From NCBI GenBank assembly GCA_963667015.2, contig CAXXJJ010000004.1:704001-768000 (forward strand): a DNA stretch of 64,000 bases, given 5' to 3'. The DNA comes from Desulfatiglandales bacterium (lineage in GTDB: Bacteria > Desulfobacterota > DSM-4660 > Desulfatiglandales > HGW-15). The position numbers were made by a program, and so were the translations under genes. Of the stretch, positions 51,021 to 61,571 are shown piece after piece. Every line of letters starts with the position of its first letter. The first letter of the stretch is position 1. The notes below the pieces were generated by a model. It searched no databases. It was given only the letters and a program-made list of their open reading frames with translations, and was not told the origin of the DNA.

Positions 51021-52028
51021 CTAGATTGCTCTATATATAACCGGAGGTCCTTCATTTATTATCTCAGCACGGCCAAGGTCAACAAGTACCTCAAGGTGAG
51101 AAACTATCTCCGAAATGGCGATAAATAGATACCCTGCCTCTACATTTGGAAAGACATCCCTTATCAGATGATAAACGGGCATTTCCTTTTCCTTAACCGC
51201 ATTCCATACATATTCCATACGTTCAGAGAAATTCTGCCTGTAATGCTTGATGACCGGGTGCATATCTTCAATCCACTCACCATGCCCTGGAAACATATAA
51301 TCTATATCCAGTTTTAAAACCCTTTCGAGTGAATTCTCATAAGCCGCCAAACCTTTGAAATCCTTATCTAATAATATATTTCTATTGAAAGCCAGAATGG
51401 GTTTGGGTGTTAATTTTTTTATAATATGATCGCTGCTGAACAGAACCTTCTGTTGAGGCTCATAAAGGCAGCATAGGCCTGGATCATGCCCCGGGCAATA
51501 TACTACCTGAAGGGTATATCCATCTCCATGGAAAAGATCATTATCCTCCATTGTTTTCAGACCATCAATGGGTTCAGCAATGCTGTAATATTGCCTGATA
51601 CTTTTTATCATTATTTTAAAATCATCTTCCGGAATATCGGTCAAGGCCTGAAGCATTCTAAGCTCATCTACCCAAACTTCGTTTTCTAAAAATTCGGTTG
51701 ACACTCTCCACTGGTCTTCAGGATGAATGAATATCTCAACTGGATGATCCAGTTCCTTTTTTATGGATGCAGCAAGACCAAAGTGATCCATATGTCCATG
51801 TGTCAATATAATCCTGTTGATATTGCTAAATCTCAATCCCTCTTCAGCAAATGAATCTTTGATGAATTCAAGCACTCCTGGAATACCTGGACCGGCATCA
51901 ATAAGGGTTATCTCATCCCTGCCGAGTGCATAAATATTGGCTGTAAGCAGGTAAGGAACTTCGTTAAAGGGAATTGGAACAGGTGTAATATTCTTTAATT
52001 TAGGAAACGGTTTTATAATTTCTATCAT
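51021..52028 (-). CDS. MBL-fold metallohydrolase
   Basis: LIDAG, THGHMDH, PGH, SSDH and PGHG motifs. Confidence 0.9.
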   Translation of the reverse strand: MIEIIKPFPKLKNITPVPIPFNEVPYLLTANIYALGRDEITLIDAGPGIPGVLEFIKDSFAEEGLRFSNINRIILTHGHMDHFGLAASIKKELDHPVEIFIHPEDQWRVSTEFLENEVWVDELRMLQALTDIPEDDFKIMIKSIRQYYSIAEPIDGLKTMEDNDLFHGDGYTLQVVYCPGHDPGLCCLYEPQQKVLFSSDHIIKKLTPKPILAFNRNILLDKDFKGLAAYENSLERVLKLDIDYMFPGHGEWIEDMHPVIKHYRQNFSERMEYVWNAVKEKEMPVYHLIRDVFPNVEAGYLFIAISEIVSHLEVLVDLGRAEIINEGPPVIYRAI

Positions 52029-52077
52029 AATAATAAAAAACTGCAAAATTCAGGGGTTATACTCTTAACTTTTACAA

Positions 52078-52350
52078 TTAGCCTCCTGCAAGTGTATGAA
52101 TAAGGTGTAATTTATCTCCATCCTTTACCTTTTTTTTCAGGGCATCAGGGTATGCACTTGATGAATTCAGATATATTTCAACAAGAGGGTGCAGCCTGTC
52201 CTCTCCTGAAAAAATAGCCTTTTCAAGCTCAGGATACATATGGGTCATATGGTGAAGGCACTCGTTTATTGTTGTTCCTTCAACCTTAATTGTTTCTTCA
52301 TTGTTGCAATATTGCTGATAGACCTTGTTCAGATATACAAATATACTCAA
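52078..52350 (-). CDS. MoaD/ThiS family sulfur carrier protein
   Basis: C-terminal AGG; beta-grasp pattern; follows a MoeB-like gene. Confidence 0.85.
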   Translation of the reverse strand: MSIFVYLNKVYQQYCNNEETIKVEGTTINECLHHMTHMYPELEKAIFSGEDRLHPLVEIYLNSSSAYPDALKKKVKDGDKLHLIHTLAGG

Positions 52351-52377
52351 CCTGAAGACCTCACTGATATAATTTCA

Positions 52378-53109
52378 TCAAATACTGCTGCACTCAGTGC
52401 ATTCGGGATTTCTGTTCAAGTGAAACTCTTTAAAACCGAGTTCCATGCCGTCATAAATCAACAGCCTGTTCTCCAGAAGTTTCCCCATCCCGGTAAGATA
52501 TTTAATTACTTCTGTTGCCTGTATCAGGCCTATTATACCGGGAGTTACACCCAGCACAGGAAATTTTGATAATTTGACATCCAGCCTGTAGATGCAACCT
52601 ATGCATGCTGTTTTTCCGGGAATTATTGTCGTTGCCCTTCCCTCCATGCCATTGACAGCACCGTGAAAAAGGGGAATTTTCCAATTTATTGCTGCTTTGT
52701 TCAAGATAAATCTTGCAGCAATATTATCCATTGCATCAACGATTGCATCACAACCTTCTGTTAAATCTATTATATTCTCTTTGGTAAGTGTCTCGTATAC
52801 GGTTTCAATATTTATAAAGTTATTGAGCAAAGAAATCTTTTCTCCGGCTGATTCTACTTTTTTTTTACCCACATCTTTTCGCCAGTGGAGAACCTGCCTG
52901 TTGAGATTACTCTCTTCAACAGTATCATTATCGGCAATAATAATCGTGCCAACTCCTGCTGCAGCAAGATAAAGTGTTACAGGGGATCCGAGTCCTCCTG
53001 CGCCTGCAATAATGACCTTTGATTTTTTTAGCTTTTCCTGCCCTTCCATGCCAATCTCGGGAATCATTATCTGCCTGTCATATACCTGAATTTCGTCTTT
53101 TGAAAGCAT
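52378..53109 (-). CDS. MoeB/ThiF/HesA family adenylyltransferase
   Basis: YDRQI, GAGGLGS, SNLNRQ, and two CxxC Zn motifs (CIGC, CTEC). Confidence 0.92.
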   Translation of the reverse strand: MLSKDEIQVYDRQIMIPEIGMEGQEKLKKSKVIIAGAGGLGSPVTLYLAAAGVGTIIIADNDTVEESNLNRQVLHWRKDVGKKKVESAGEKISLLNNFINIETVYETLTKENIIDLTEGCDAIVDAMDNIAARFILNKAAINWKIPLFHGAVNGMEGRATTIIPGKTACIGCIYRLDVKLSKFPVLGVTPGIIGLIQATEVIKYLTGMGKLLENRLLIYDGMELGFKEFHLNRNPECTECSSI

Positions 53110-53133
53110 ATTTACTTCCTTTACAGAGAATAA

Positions 53134-53874
53134 TCAGTCCTTTATGGGTTTTGAACCCCAGTGAACAGAAATATTGCCAAACATGAAAGATTTGTAATTA
53201 ACATCCTTTAAACCTGCCGCTGCGAGAGTTCTGCCCAATACTTTAGGTTCAAGAAATCCGATAGTTGTTTCAGGCAGATATCTATAGGCATTTTTTTCTC
53301 CGGCGATGAGGAGCCCCATAAACGGGATAACGAATTTGTAATACAAAAGGATTAAGGGTTTGAGCATGTTGTCAGGGACCGGACTTGTATCAAGACATAC
53401 AACCCTCCCCCCTGGTTTGAGTACCCTTACCTGCTCTTTAAACATAGCTGCTATATCAGGGACATTTCTTGCCAGAAAACCGGATGTGACAGCATCAAAA
53501 GTCGAATCAGGAAACGGCAGGTTTTGAGCATCTGCCTGGCACCAGTCAATTACTTTGCCACCTGTCCTCTCCTTTCCGACCGACATCATTTCATATGTTA
53601 AGTCAGCAGCGGTGATTTTTACAGATGGATTATTATTTAATATCTCAAGGGCAATATCACCTGTTCCGGCTCCTGCATCAAGGACTCTGCCTCCGTCCGG
53701 AATTTCAGCCATTCTTATCAGGTACTTCCGCCAGATCAGATCAAATCCAAAGGACATTAACCTGTTTAGAAGGTCATATTTTTTCGAGATACGGCCGAAC
53801 ATGCACCTTACTTTATTCGGCTGTTTATCTATTTCTTTTAAAGTTTCTTTTGTCATACTTTCTAATGAAGTCAA
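53134..53874 (-). CDS. UbiE/MenG family quinone methyltransferase
   Basis: MFGRISKKYDLLNRLMSFG, LDAGAGTGD, LPFPDSTFD, AYRYLPET. Confidence 0.88.
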   Translation of the reverse strand: MTSLESMTKETLKEIDKQPNKVRCMFGRISKKYDLLNRLMSFGFDLIWRKYLIRMAEIPDGGRVLDAGAGTGDIALEILNNNPSVKITAADLTYEMMSVGKERTGGKVIDWCQADAQNLPFPDSTFDAVTSGFLARNVPDIAAMFKEQVRVLKPGGRVVCLDTSPVPDNMLKPLILLYYKFVIPFMGLLIAGEKNAYRYLPETTIGFLEPKVLGRTLAAAGLKDVNYKSFMFGNISVHWGSKPIKD

Positions 53875-53958
53875 AGGAGATATTTCACAGCATGAATCTA
53901 TATTTTATCGAAGGAAGGTTATTTCAAAATCATAATTTTATCAATAAAAGGATTGAAT

Positions 53959-53992
53959 AAAAAAACCCTTCCTGAAATATCAGGAAGGGTTT
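53959..53992 (-). terminator. Intrinsic terminator, paralogous to 55148-55181
   Basis: aaacccttcctga-aata-tcaggaagggttt with a U tract on the minus strand. Confidence 0.8.
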
Positions 53993-54023
53993 CAAGATTG
54001 AGCTTATACTTAAACTGTCTTAT

Positions 54024-54767
54024 TTAAAAAGAATAAGAAAAGGTAAAACCACCAACAAAGTGATCAATATTACCCTTATAATCTCTCAGTTCATCTTTGG
54101 CATCACTTGAAATTGCCCATATGTAAGAAAGAGAAGGTGTTATACTCATATTGTCATTAATAGCAAAGGTCGTTGATGCAGAAACATTTGCATCATGTAG
54201 TCCATTGTAGCCATCATCATTGAGAGAATAGTATCCCATCGATGCTGACAGATCCAGGTCTATTAAGTTCATAACATCATATGTATGTCCTATACCAATA
54301 TTGACATACCAGCCTTTGAATGCCTGAACATCCCTGTAAAATGTAAAGGTTGGATTCAGGTAGCCTTCAAAAGATGCTGAAAAATAAAGCTCCTGAGTAT
54401 CGCCGCCATCAAGATCATAATAAATATAGCCCACTCCAAAATCGATAATCTCATATGACCATTCATATGACAGGGTAATATCGGTTTCATTGTAATCAGT
54501 TCCAGTATCAAAATAGTCCGTATCAAAGTTACCCCAAACATTTAAGCTAAAACCATCTAAGCCATAATCATCATAACCTAAAGTGACTGATGGTTGGATA
54601 ACGATGCTTTCATCACTAAGAGTATAGCCACGCCAGATATACTGTGAAAAAACGCCTACATCCGCTGATATTGAGAGGGGTCCATCCGCGGCCAATGCAG
54701 GTAAAGATCCAAAAGTTAAAGCGGCAATACCTACCACAAGAAAAGCTTGCATCATTTTTTTAAACAT
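54024..54767 (-). CDS. TorF-like putative outer-membrane porin (copy 2)
   Basis: Signal peptide, SQYIWRG, alternating beta strands, C-terminal Phe. Confidence 0.75.
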   Translation of the reverse strand: MFKKMMQAFLVVGIAALTFGSLPALAADGPLSISADVGVFSQYIWRGYTLSDESIVIQPSVTLGYDDYGLDGFSLNVWGNFDTDYFDTGTDYNETDITLSYEWSYEIIDFGVGYIYYDLDGGDTQELYFSASFEGYLNPTFTFYRDVQAFKGWYVNIGIGHTYDVMNLIDLDLSASMGYYSLNDDGYNGLHDANVSASTTFAINDNMSITPSLSYIWAISSDAKDELRDYKGNIDHFVGGFTFSYSF

Positions 54768-54842
54768 TTTTTCCTCCTAATTATTTTTGTTTTTAATGTA
54801 CCGAGCAGTCCATAATACACTCGACTTCTCCCCAACTAATTA

Positions 54843-54929
54843 TCACTGTGCGTATGCTGAAATATCAAGATCAGGATACGCTCCATCATCATATTTTACG
54901 ATAATCAAGCTTTCAGCCACTTCCAGCAG
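54843..54929 (-). pseudogene. Remnant of the amtB 3' end
   Basis: Translates LLEVAESLIIVKYDDGAYPDLDISAYAQ*, versus the AmtB C-terminus PEEEKEGLDFTEHGNNAYPDFDTSSYAQN*; an in-frame stop lies immediately upstream. Confidence 0.75.
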
Positions 54930-55147
54930 TTATAACTTCGTTTCTATGAACATAAAATAATTTTGAAAAATTTACGCGTTTAAATAATAGGACAGTAGGT
55001 CTTTCTACCACACTTTTCAACCAATATCCAGAAAATTTTATTTTTCATTCAATATATATAAAATTATGAATAGCTACCTTATCAGCATATATTTCCTGAA
55101 ATATCAATAATTCCGGAACAATTGAATTTTATCAATAAGGATAAAAT

Positions 55148-55181
55148 AAAAAACCCTTCCTGATAGATCGGGAAGGGTTTT
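55148..55181 (-). terminator. Intrinsic terminator
   Basis: aaaacccttcctga-taga-tcgggaagggtttt. Confidence 0.8.
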
Positions 55182-55208
55182 AAAGTTAAGTTGTTTTCAG
55201 ATTACTTC

Positions 55209-55949
55209 TTAGAAAGCAATGGAACATGTTATACCGGCAAAAAAGTGATCTGAATCACTGTCTGCGCTAACCGCTTCGATATCATCTTTAGCTTCAGACG
55301 AAAGACCGAATGTATATGTCAGAGAAGGCGTAATACTAAAATAGTCGTTCACAGGAATGGTTACAGATGCCCCGATAGTTCCATCATGAAGTTCGCTGTA
55401 ATCTACATCATCAAGATCATAATATCCGATTGAGGCAGACAGATCCAGTGCAAGTTCCTCTGTTAAGGGTATTGAATGTCCGATACCGAGGCTTATGTAC
55501 CAGCCTTCAAATGCATCGATATCCCTGTAAATGGTTATACTTGGAGCCAGTATGGTATCAAATCCTATTGTATAATAAAGCTCCATTGAATCTTCACCCT
55601 CAAGACCATAATAAATATAACCAACGCCCATGCTGACGGTATCATATGACCAGTCATAGGAAAAGGTCATATCTATTTCATTAAAATCAGCATCATCCAT
55701 GCCAACATAATCTGTATCAAGGTTACCCCAGAGGTTAAAACCAAAACCGCCATATGCAACTGTTGCTGAAGGCTGCAGAACAAGACTGCTGTCACTAAAG
55801 GCATAACCACGCCATACATACTGTGTATATACACCAAGATCGCCTGATGCGGATACCGGAGATTCTTCTTCTGCAACTGCATTAACTGCACCTAACGTGA
55901 GAGCAACAAGACCAGCCATAACAATAGTTTTCAAAATCCGTTTGTTCAT
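55209..55949 (-). CDS. TorF-like putative outer-membrane porin (copy 1)
   Basis: Signal peptide, TQYVWRG, C-terminal Phe; directly downstream of amtB. Confidence 0.78.
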   Translation of the reverse strand: MNKRILKTIVMAGLVALTLGAVNAVAEEESPVSASGDLGVYTQYVWRGYAFSDSSLVLQPSATVAYGGFGFNLWGNLDTDYVGMDDADFNEIDMTFSYDWSYDTVSMGVGYIYYGLEGEDSMELYYTIGFDTILAPSITIYRDIDAFEGWYISLGIGHSIPLTEELALDLSASIGYYDLDDVDYSELHDGTIGASVTIPVNDYFSITPSLTYTFGLSSEAKDDIEAVSADSDSDHFFAGITCSIAF

Positions 55950-56030
55950 TCATTCCTCCTAATTGATTTAATTCATTTTTAATTCTATCGGGTGGCCCGC
56001 CAACCGGGCACACCCCGACATTCCCGTTTA

Positions 56031-57368
56031 TTAATTCTGAGCGTATGATGATGTATCGAAATCAGGATACGCGTTGTTGCCATGCTCTGTAAAATCAAGA
56101 CCTTCTTTTTCTTCTTCAGGAGATACCCTCAGACCGATAGTCATTGATATAACCTTGAACAATATAAAAGCAGTTACAAATGTCCATACGAAACATGAGG
56201 CGATACCTAACACCTGAACGCCAACCACTTTCATGGAGAATCCGCCCATATCAAAGATACCGGCTGCCAGTGTTCCCCAGGCACCGTTAACACCATGAAC
56301 AGAAACTGCACCAACCGGATCATCAATTTTAATTTTATCAAAGAAAAGTACTGAGAAAACTACCAGTACGCCAGCTACTGCACCGATTATTATTGCACTG
56401 CCTGGAGATACATTTGCACAGCCGGCTGTAATTCCGACCAGCCCTGCCAGGGCGCCATTTAAGCTCATACCTGCTTCAGGTTTTCCGAACTTGAGCCATG
56501 CAGTAATCATAGCAAAGACAGCACCGGTTGCTGCGGCGAGGTTTGTATTGACAAATATCATGGCTATGCTTGTATCTGCTGTGGTTGTTGAACCGGGATT
56601 AAAACCAAACCACCCCAACCAGAGAATAAAAACACCAAGGGCTGCCAGAGGAATGTTGTGACCAAGGATAGGTTTAACCTTTCCGTCTTTTGTGTATTTT
56701 CCAAGTCTTGGGCCGAGAACGATAGCGCCTGCAAGGGCTGCCCAGCCGCCAACTGAATGAACTACAGTTGAACCAGCAAAGTCTATAAATCCAAAACCTT
56801 CAAGCCATCCGCTGCCATTAAATAAACTTCCCCATGCCCAGTGTCCAAATATAGGGTAGATAATTGCGCTGATTACCACGCTGTATGCCAGATATCCAAC
56901 AAACTTTGTTCTTTCTGCCATGGCACCGGATACGATTGTTGCTGCTGTTGCTGCAAAAACAACCTGGAACATCCAGAATGCAAGTACCCACGGGTCTCCG
57001 TCAGGGGTGAAATCACTCAGAAAAAATCCTGAAGTCCCAATCACTCCGGACTTTGTCACTCCAAACATGAGACCAAAACCAATTGCCCAGTATCCAAGGC
57101 TACCCATGGAGAAATCCATGAGGTTTTTCATCATGATGTTTACTGCATTTTTTGCCCTTGTAAAACCTGCCTCAACCATTGCAAATCCGGCCTGCATAAA
57201 AAATACGAGAGCGGCTGCAACCAGTGTCCATAGATAATTAGCATGTGTCTGTACAAGATCGATTGCCTCTTTATTGGTGAAGGGTGTAGGGTCTTCGTCC
57301 CCTGCCCATGCTTTTCCAATGCCGATCACGGCGAGAATAATAAAATATATCAATGCTTTTACTTTCAT
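56031..57368 (-). CDS. amtB: Ammonium transporter
   Basis: FFMQAGFAMVEAG, DFAGSTVVH, GWFGFN, IDDPVGAVSVHG. Confidence 0.97.
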   Translation of the reverse strand: MKVKALIYFIILAVIGIGKAWAGDEDPTPFTNKEAIDLVQTHANYLWTLVAAALVFFMQAGFAMVEAGFTRAKNAVNIMMKNLMDFSMGSLGYWAIGFGLMFGVTKSGVIGTSGFFLSDFTPDGDPWVLAFWMFQVVFAATAATIVSGAMAERTKFVGYLAYSVVISAIIYPIFGHWAWGSLFNGSGWLEGFGFIDFAGSTVVHSVGGWAALAGAIVLGPRLGKYTKDGKVKPILGHNIPLAALGVFILWLGWFGFNPGSTTTADTSIAMIFVNTNLAAATGAVFAMITAWLKFGKPEAGMSLNGALAGLVGITAGCANVSPGSAIIIGAVAGVLVVFSVLFFDKIKIDDPVGAVSVHGVNGAWGTLAAGIFDMGGFSMKVVGVQVLGIASCFVWTFVTAFILFKVISMTIGLRVSPEEEKEGLDFTEHGNNAYPDFDTSSYAQN

Positions 57369-57383
57369 TTTTTTACTCCTTTC

Positions 57384-57764
<381 letters not shown>

Positions 57765-57797
57765 TTATTGTACGTTAATTATTTTCTCGTTATTAAG

Positions 57798-57813
57798 AGC
57801 AAGAGACATGCCA
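57798..57813 (-). promoter_or_regulatory. Sigma54 promoter of glnK-amtB
   Basis: TGGCATGTCTCTTGCT. Two ACATTTTTGT copies (~57905 and ~57935) upstream are candidate enhancer-binding sites, separated from the promoter by an AT-rich tract. Confidence 0.8.
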
Positions 57814-58149
57814 TTTAATTTTAAAGGCAATTAATTTACTTATCATATTGTTTTTACTATTTATTTTTACTTAAATAATTCTCTAAGCCCAAATTACACA
57901 TACTACATTTTTGTCATATTGGCTTTTCTTAACAACATTTTTGTACTCATAAGTAACTTATTGACGATTCTGCTACATTATTGGTTTTTTCAGCTTAAAA
58001 CAAATTAAGATGGATTACCGCGTGACATGAACTGCACTCTGAAGGAGGATTATTATAGAATTTCTTTTTATCATTTGCTATTTTGGCTCAGATAATAGGC
58101 CTGAAAAATTACTCAAGTAATAAATCCAAGATCAAAGGAGGTCACGCCC

Positions 58150-59394
58150 TTGCTGAGAATTCAAAGCTTCGCAGGTTTTTTTATCCTCGCCCTTCTTGCA
58201 TGGCTGATTTCAGAAAACAGAAAAAAAATTGAATACAGGACAATTGCAGCAGGACTTGTTATTCAGCTAATCGTTGCGCTTATCCTTGTTAAACTGCCTT
58301 TCAGCCAATCCTTTTTTATGTGGCTCAACAATATTGTTAGTGCCCTCCAGGAATCGACAGCCGAAGGTACTGGATTTGTTTTCGGCTATCTTGGCGGGGG
58401 AACGGCTCCCTTTGCAGTTACAAATCCCGGATCAAATTTTATCCTTGCCTTTCAGAGTCTTCCTCTCGTTCTTCTCATCAGTGCCCTTTCCGCACTGCTA
58501 TTCTACTGGAAAATCATCCCGGTTATTGTAAGAGGCTTTTCCTGGCTTTTATCCCGAAGTATGGGTGTCGGTGGTGTCGAAGGGCTTGGTGTTTCGGCTA
58601 ATATTTTTGTAGGAATGGTTGAAGCCCCCTTACTTGTCAAACCTTATATTCCCGGCATATCAAGAAGCGAACTATTCACAATAATGACTTCAGGCATGGC
58701 AACAATAGCAGGGACAGTTATGGTGCTCTATGCATCAATTCTCAACAATATTGTGCCTGGCATTACAGGTCACCTCTTAACCGCGTCACTTATTAGTGCG
58801 CCTGCTGCAATAACCGTTTCCAAACTCATGATACCTGAAACAGGCACAGTATCAGGCGGAAAGATAGTGCTTCCGGATCAGTCTAAAAGTTCCATGGACG
58901 CAATCACAAAGGGAACCCTTGAGGGGGTCAACCTGCTTATCAATATTGTCGCAATGATTGTAGTACTTGTTGCACTTGTTCACCTGTTAAACATTATACT
59001 GGGAACCCTTCCCGGTTTTGGAGGAGAACCGGTTACCATACAAAGACTCCTGGGATATATTATGGCTCCGGTTACCTGGATCATGGGCATCCCATGGTCG
59101 GAAGCAAAGATCACAGGGAGCCTTATGGGAGTAAAGACTGTACTTAACGAATTAATAGCCTATCAGAATCTGGCATCACTTGGTGAAAATGTTATTTCTG
59201 AAAGAAGCCGCCTTATAATGACATACGCTATGTGCGGATTTGCAAACCTTGGGTCTCTTGGAATAATGATCGGCGGAATGGGTGCAATGGCTCCTGAACG
59301 GCGGAATGAGATAGTAAGCCTGGGTATGAGATCAATTGCAGCAGGAACTCTTGCCACCTGCATGACCGGGGCAGTCATGGGCATTATTTACTGA
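58150..59394 (+). CDS. Concentrative nucleoside transporter (NupC/CNT family)
   Basis: ANIFVGMVEAP, GMATIAG, NELIAY, MCGFANLGSLGIMIGG. Confidence 0.92.
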   Translation: MLRIQSFAGFFILALLAWLISENRKKIEYRTIAAGLVIQLIVALILVKLPFSQSFFMWLNNIVSALQESTAEGTGFVFGYLGGGTAPFAVTNPGSNFILAFQSLPLVLLISALSALLFYWKIIPVIVRGFSWLLSRSMGVGGVEGLGVSANIFVGMVEAPLLVKPYIPGISRSELFTIMTSGMATIAGTVMVLYASILNNIVPGITGHLLTASLISAPAAITVSKLMIPETGTVSGGKIVLPDQSKSSMDAITKGTLEGVNLLINIVAMIVVLVALVHLLNIILGTLPGFGGEPVTIQRLLGYIMAPVTWIMGIPWSEAKITGSLMGVKTVLNELIAYQNLASLGENVISERSRLIMTYAMCGFANLGSLGIMIGGMGAMAPERRNEIVSLGMRSIAAGTLATCMTGAVMGIIY

Positions 59395-60421
59395 AATGAT
59401 TCCAGCCTTTTTTTAACAGAGGCCTTTGTTCTCCATCCTTTGGAATAACTGTCATGCCCTGTTCCCATGGAATAATCTTACCGATATGGGTCGCAGGACA
59501 GTTAAAGTCGGACAGTATGGATTTTACATCATCCACATTTTTGGGTGAGCATGTAAATAACAGCTCATAATCATCACTTGCCCCCAGTATAATATCTTCT
59601 GCTCTTTCATTAAAAAGAACAGACGCCTCATCAAGTGCCCTGCATGAAGGCAACATTTCTTCCCTTATCTCTGCACCTACAGTACTCTTTTCGCAGATAT
59701 GAGACAGGTCACCGGACAGTCCGTCACTTATATCAATCATGGATGTTATCTTTCCGGACATAGCGAGTACATGCCCTTCCCTGGCCCTGTGCCGCGGTCG
59801 TATATATGAGTCAAGAAGAGTTTTATACCGGTCCGGATCAGGGATTTTATCAGCAATAATCCGATACCCGGCGGCGGATCTTCCGGGTACACCTGTAACC
59901 ATGACCGCATCGCCAGGCATGGCACCAGATCGCAGGACCTTGAAATCCCTGTTTACTGCGCCGATAAGGGTAATATCGATATATGGACTTCCATCAATTC
60001 CGGATATATTACCTCCAATTATCATTGCCCCGAAGGGTTCCAGCTCCTTCAGAAAACCCCTGTAAATTTCCTCGATGTCATCAACCGAATCAGATAGCCC
60101 AAGCCCCAGCGTAACAAGTGCATAAAGAGGTTTTCCGCCCATGGCTCCAATATCACTTATATTCATCACCATGGCACGCCTGCCGATCTCCAGGGGGGTA
60201 ATATGCTCTTTCAGATAGTGATGCCCCTCAGCCATTGTGTCACAGGTTACAAGCATTTCAAACCCGGGTTCAGGAGGCTTAAATACTGCCGTATCATCAC
60301 CGATTCCGTGAACCAGCAGGCCGGAACTTTGTCCGGATTTTTTTATTATCTTATGGATACGTTCTATCAGGGCGAACTCGCCAATATCTGATACCTTCAA
60401 CGCCATTTTATTTTTGGCCAT
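59384..60421 (-). CDS. thiL: Thiamine-monophosphate kinase
   Basis: GEFALI, GIGDDTA, NISDIGAMGG, DISDGL, DDYEL, GWNHF; start may instead be 60406. Confidence 0.92.
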   Translation of the reverse strand: MAKNKMALKVSDIGEFALIERIHKIIKKSGQSSGLLVHGIGDDTAVFKPPEPGFEMLVTCDTMAEGHHYLKEHITPLEIGRRAMVMNISDIGAMGGKPLYALVTLGLGLSDSVDDIEEIYRGFLKELEPFGAMIIGGNISGIDGSPYIDITLIGAVNRDFKVLRSGAMPGDAVMVTGVPGRSAAGYRIIADKIPDPDRYKTLLDSYIRPRHRAREGHVLAMSGKITSMIDISDGLSGDLSHICEKSTVGAEIREEMLPSCRALDEASVLFNERAEDIILGASDDYELLFTCSPKNVDDVKSILSDFNCPATHIGKIIPWEQGMTVIPKDGEQRPLLKKGWNHFSK

Positions 60422-61043
60422 AGTTATCCAGTACAGTTCTAAACCTGCTTGCAGCCGTTTCAGGGTCATTATCCAGGCATACTGCAGAAATTACAGCAAC
60501 GCCATATGCCCCTGCATCCAATAAATTATTTACGTCAAGAGCTTTGATACCGCCAATGGCTATGACAGGTAATGAAATTTTTTCCACTATTATCCTGATG
60601 TTTTCAATACCTGTTGCCGGTCCTGCATCCGATTTTGAGCCGGTTGCATATACAGGACCTGCTCCGATATAGTCAACTCCATCAGAAAGACATTTTAGCG
60701 CCTCATCCATATCCCCGGCTGATCCGCCTATAATCGCATCCGGACCAAGTATGTTTCGGGCGAGGGGTATGGGAAAATCATCCTGCCCCAGATGAACTCC
60801 GTCAGCTTCTGCAGCTAATGCAATATCCACCCGATCGTTAATAATAAGTGGTACACCCGCTTCTTTGCACAGTTTTTTCATTTGCACTGCCGAAGCAATC
60901 ATCTCTTTTGTTGAACCTGATTTACAACGAAACTGTATAGTATCCGCACCACCTGCAAGGGCCATAGCAGTCAGCTCGACATGGGAATATCTCACCTGTA
61001 GATTTGTATCTGTTAGCAAATGAAACCGGCCTATTTTTTTCAT
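60408..61043 (-). CDS. thiE: Thiamine phosphate synthase
   Basis: IQFR, LIINDRVDIA, GVHLGQDD, AIGGI, AVISAV. Confidence 0.93.
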   Translation of the reverse strand: MKKIGRFHLLTDTNLQVRYSHVELTAMALAGGADTIQFRCKSGSTKEMIASAVQMKKLCKEAGVPLIINDRVDIALAAEADGVHLGQDDFPIPLARNILGPDAIIGGSAGDMDEALKCLSDGVDYIGAGPVYATGSKSDAGPATGIENIRIIVEKISLPVIAIGGIKALDVNNLLDAGAYGVAVISAVCLDNDPETAASRFRTVLDNYGQK

Positions 61044-61299
61044 AATTTCTCCGTAAAAAACATTAAATATCAAATAGAGACACTGTTTTCAATCTTCTTG
61101 GATATACACACAGAAACAAACCGGATTATGAGATATGCAACAGCAAAAAAGATATTCAAATGACAACTGTGTTTATTTTGCCACACATACACTGTAAAAC
61201 CGTCAACAGTTTGACTAAACCATATTTTTGCCTTCTACCACAAACTCCTTATCTATTTGATTTTAAACATATTTTCAATAAATACTTAGAGATAAAATA

Positions 61300-61315
61300 A
61301 GGCACAAAATTTGCA
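61300..61315 (+). promoter_or_regulatory. Probable sigma54 promoter
   Basis: AGGCACAAAATTTGCA (GGCAC-N5-TTGCA), about 60 bp before a small ORF. Confidence 0.65.
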
Positions 61316-61375
61316 TTTAAGAAATCTAAAGAATCTACTGTTTTTAAACTGTTAATTTTATATAGGGCAATCAAT

Positions 61376-61567
61376 ATGGAAAAGATAGTTGTGCTGACCG
61401 GCGGCGCGGAAAATGATAGCAAGCTGATAAAGTGCCTTAAAACCCTGTTCCCTGAATGCGAGATAGATATTCAACAAAGAGCACCCGGCAATAATGATCC
61501 GGCTGATATCATCTTTGAGAATGATGATCTGGATGAAGATATAGAGAAATATCTGAGTTTTCTTTAG
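61376..61567 (+). CDS. Small hypothetical protein (63 aa)
   Basis: MEKIVVLTGG..LIKCLKTLFPECEI with an acidic tail; downstream of a sigma54-like promoter. Confidence 0.6.
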   Translation: MEKIVVLTGGAENDSKLIKCLKTLFPECEIDIQQRAPGNNDPADIIFENDDLDEDIEKYLSFL

Positions 61568-61571
61568 TCCA

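Noticed and set aside
61044..61300. Possible TPP riboswitch upstream of thiE-thiL
   Set aside because: The conserved CTGAGA and AGCGTAGG elements are not present on the minus strand.
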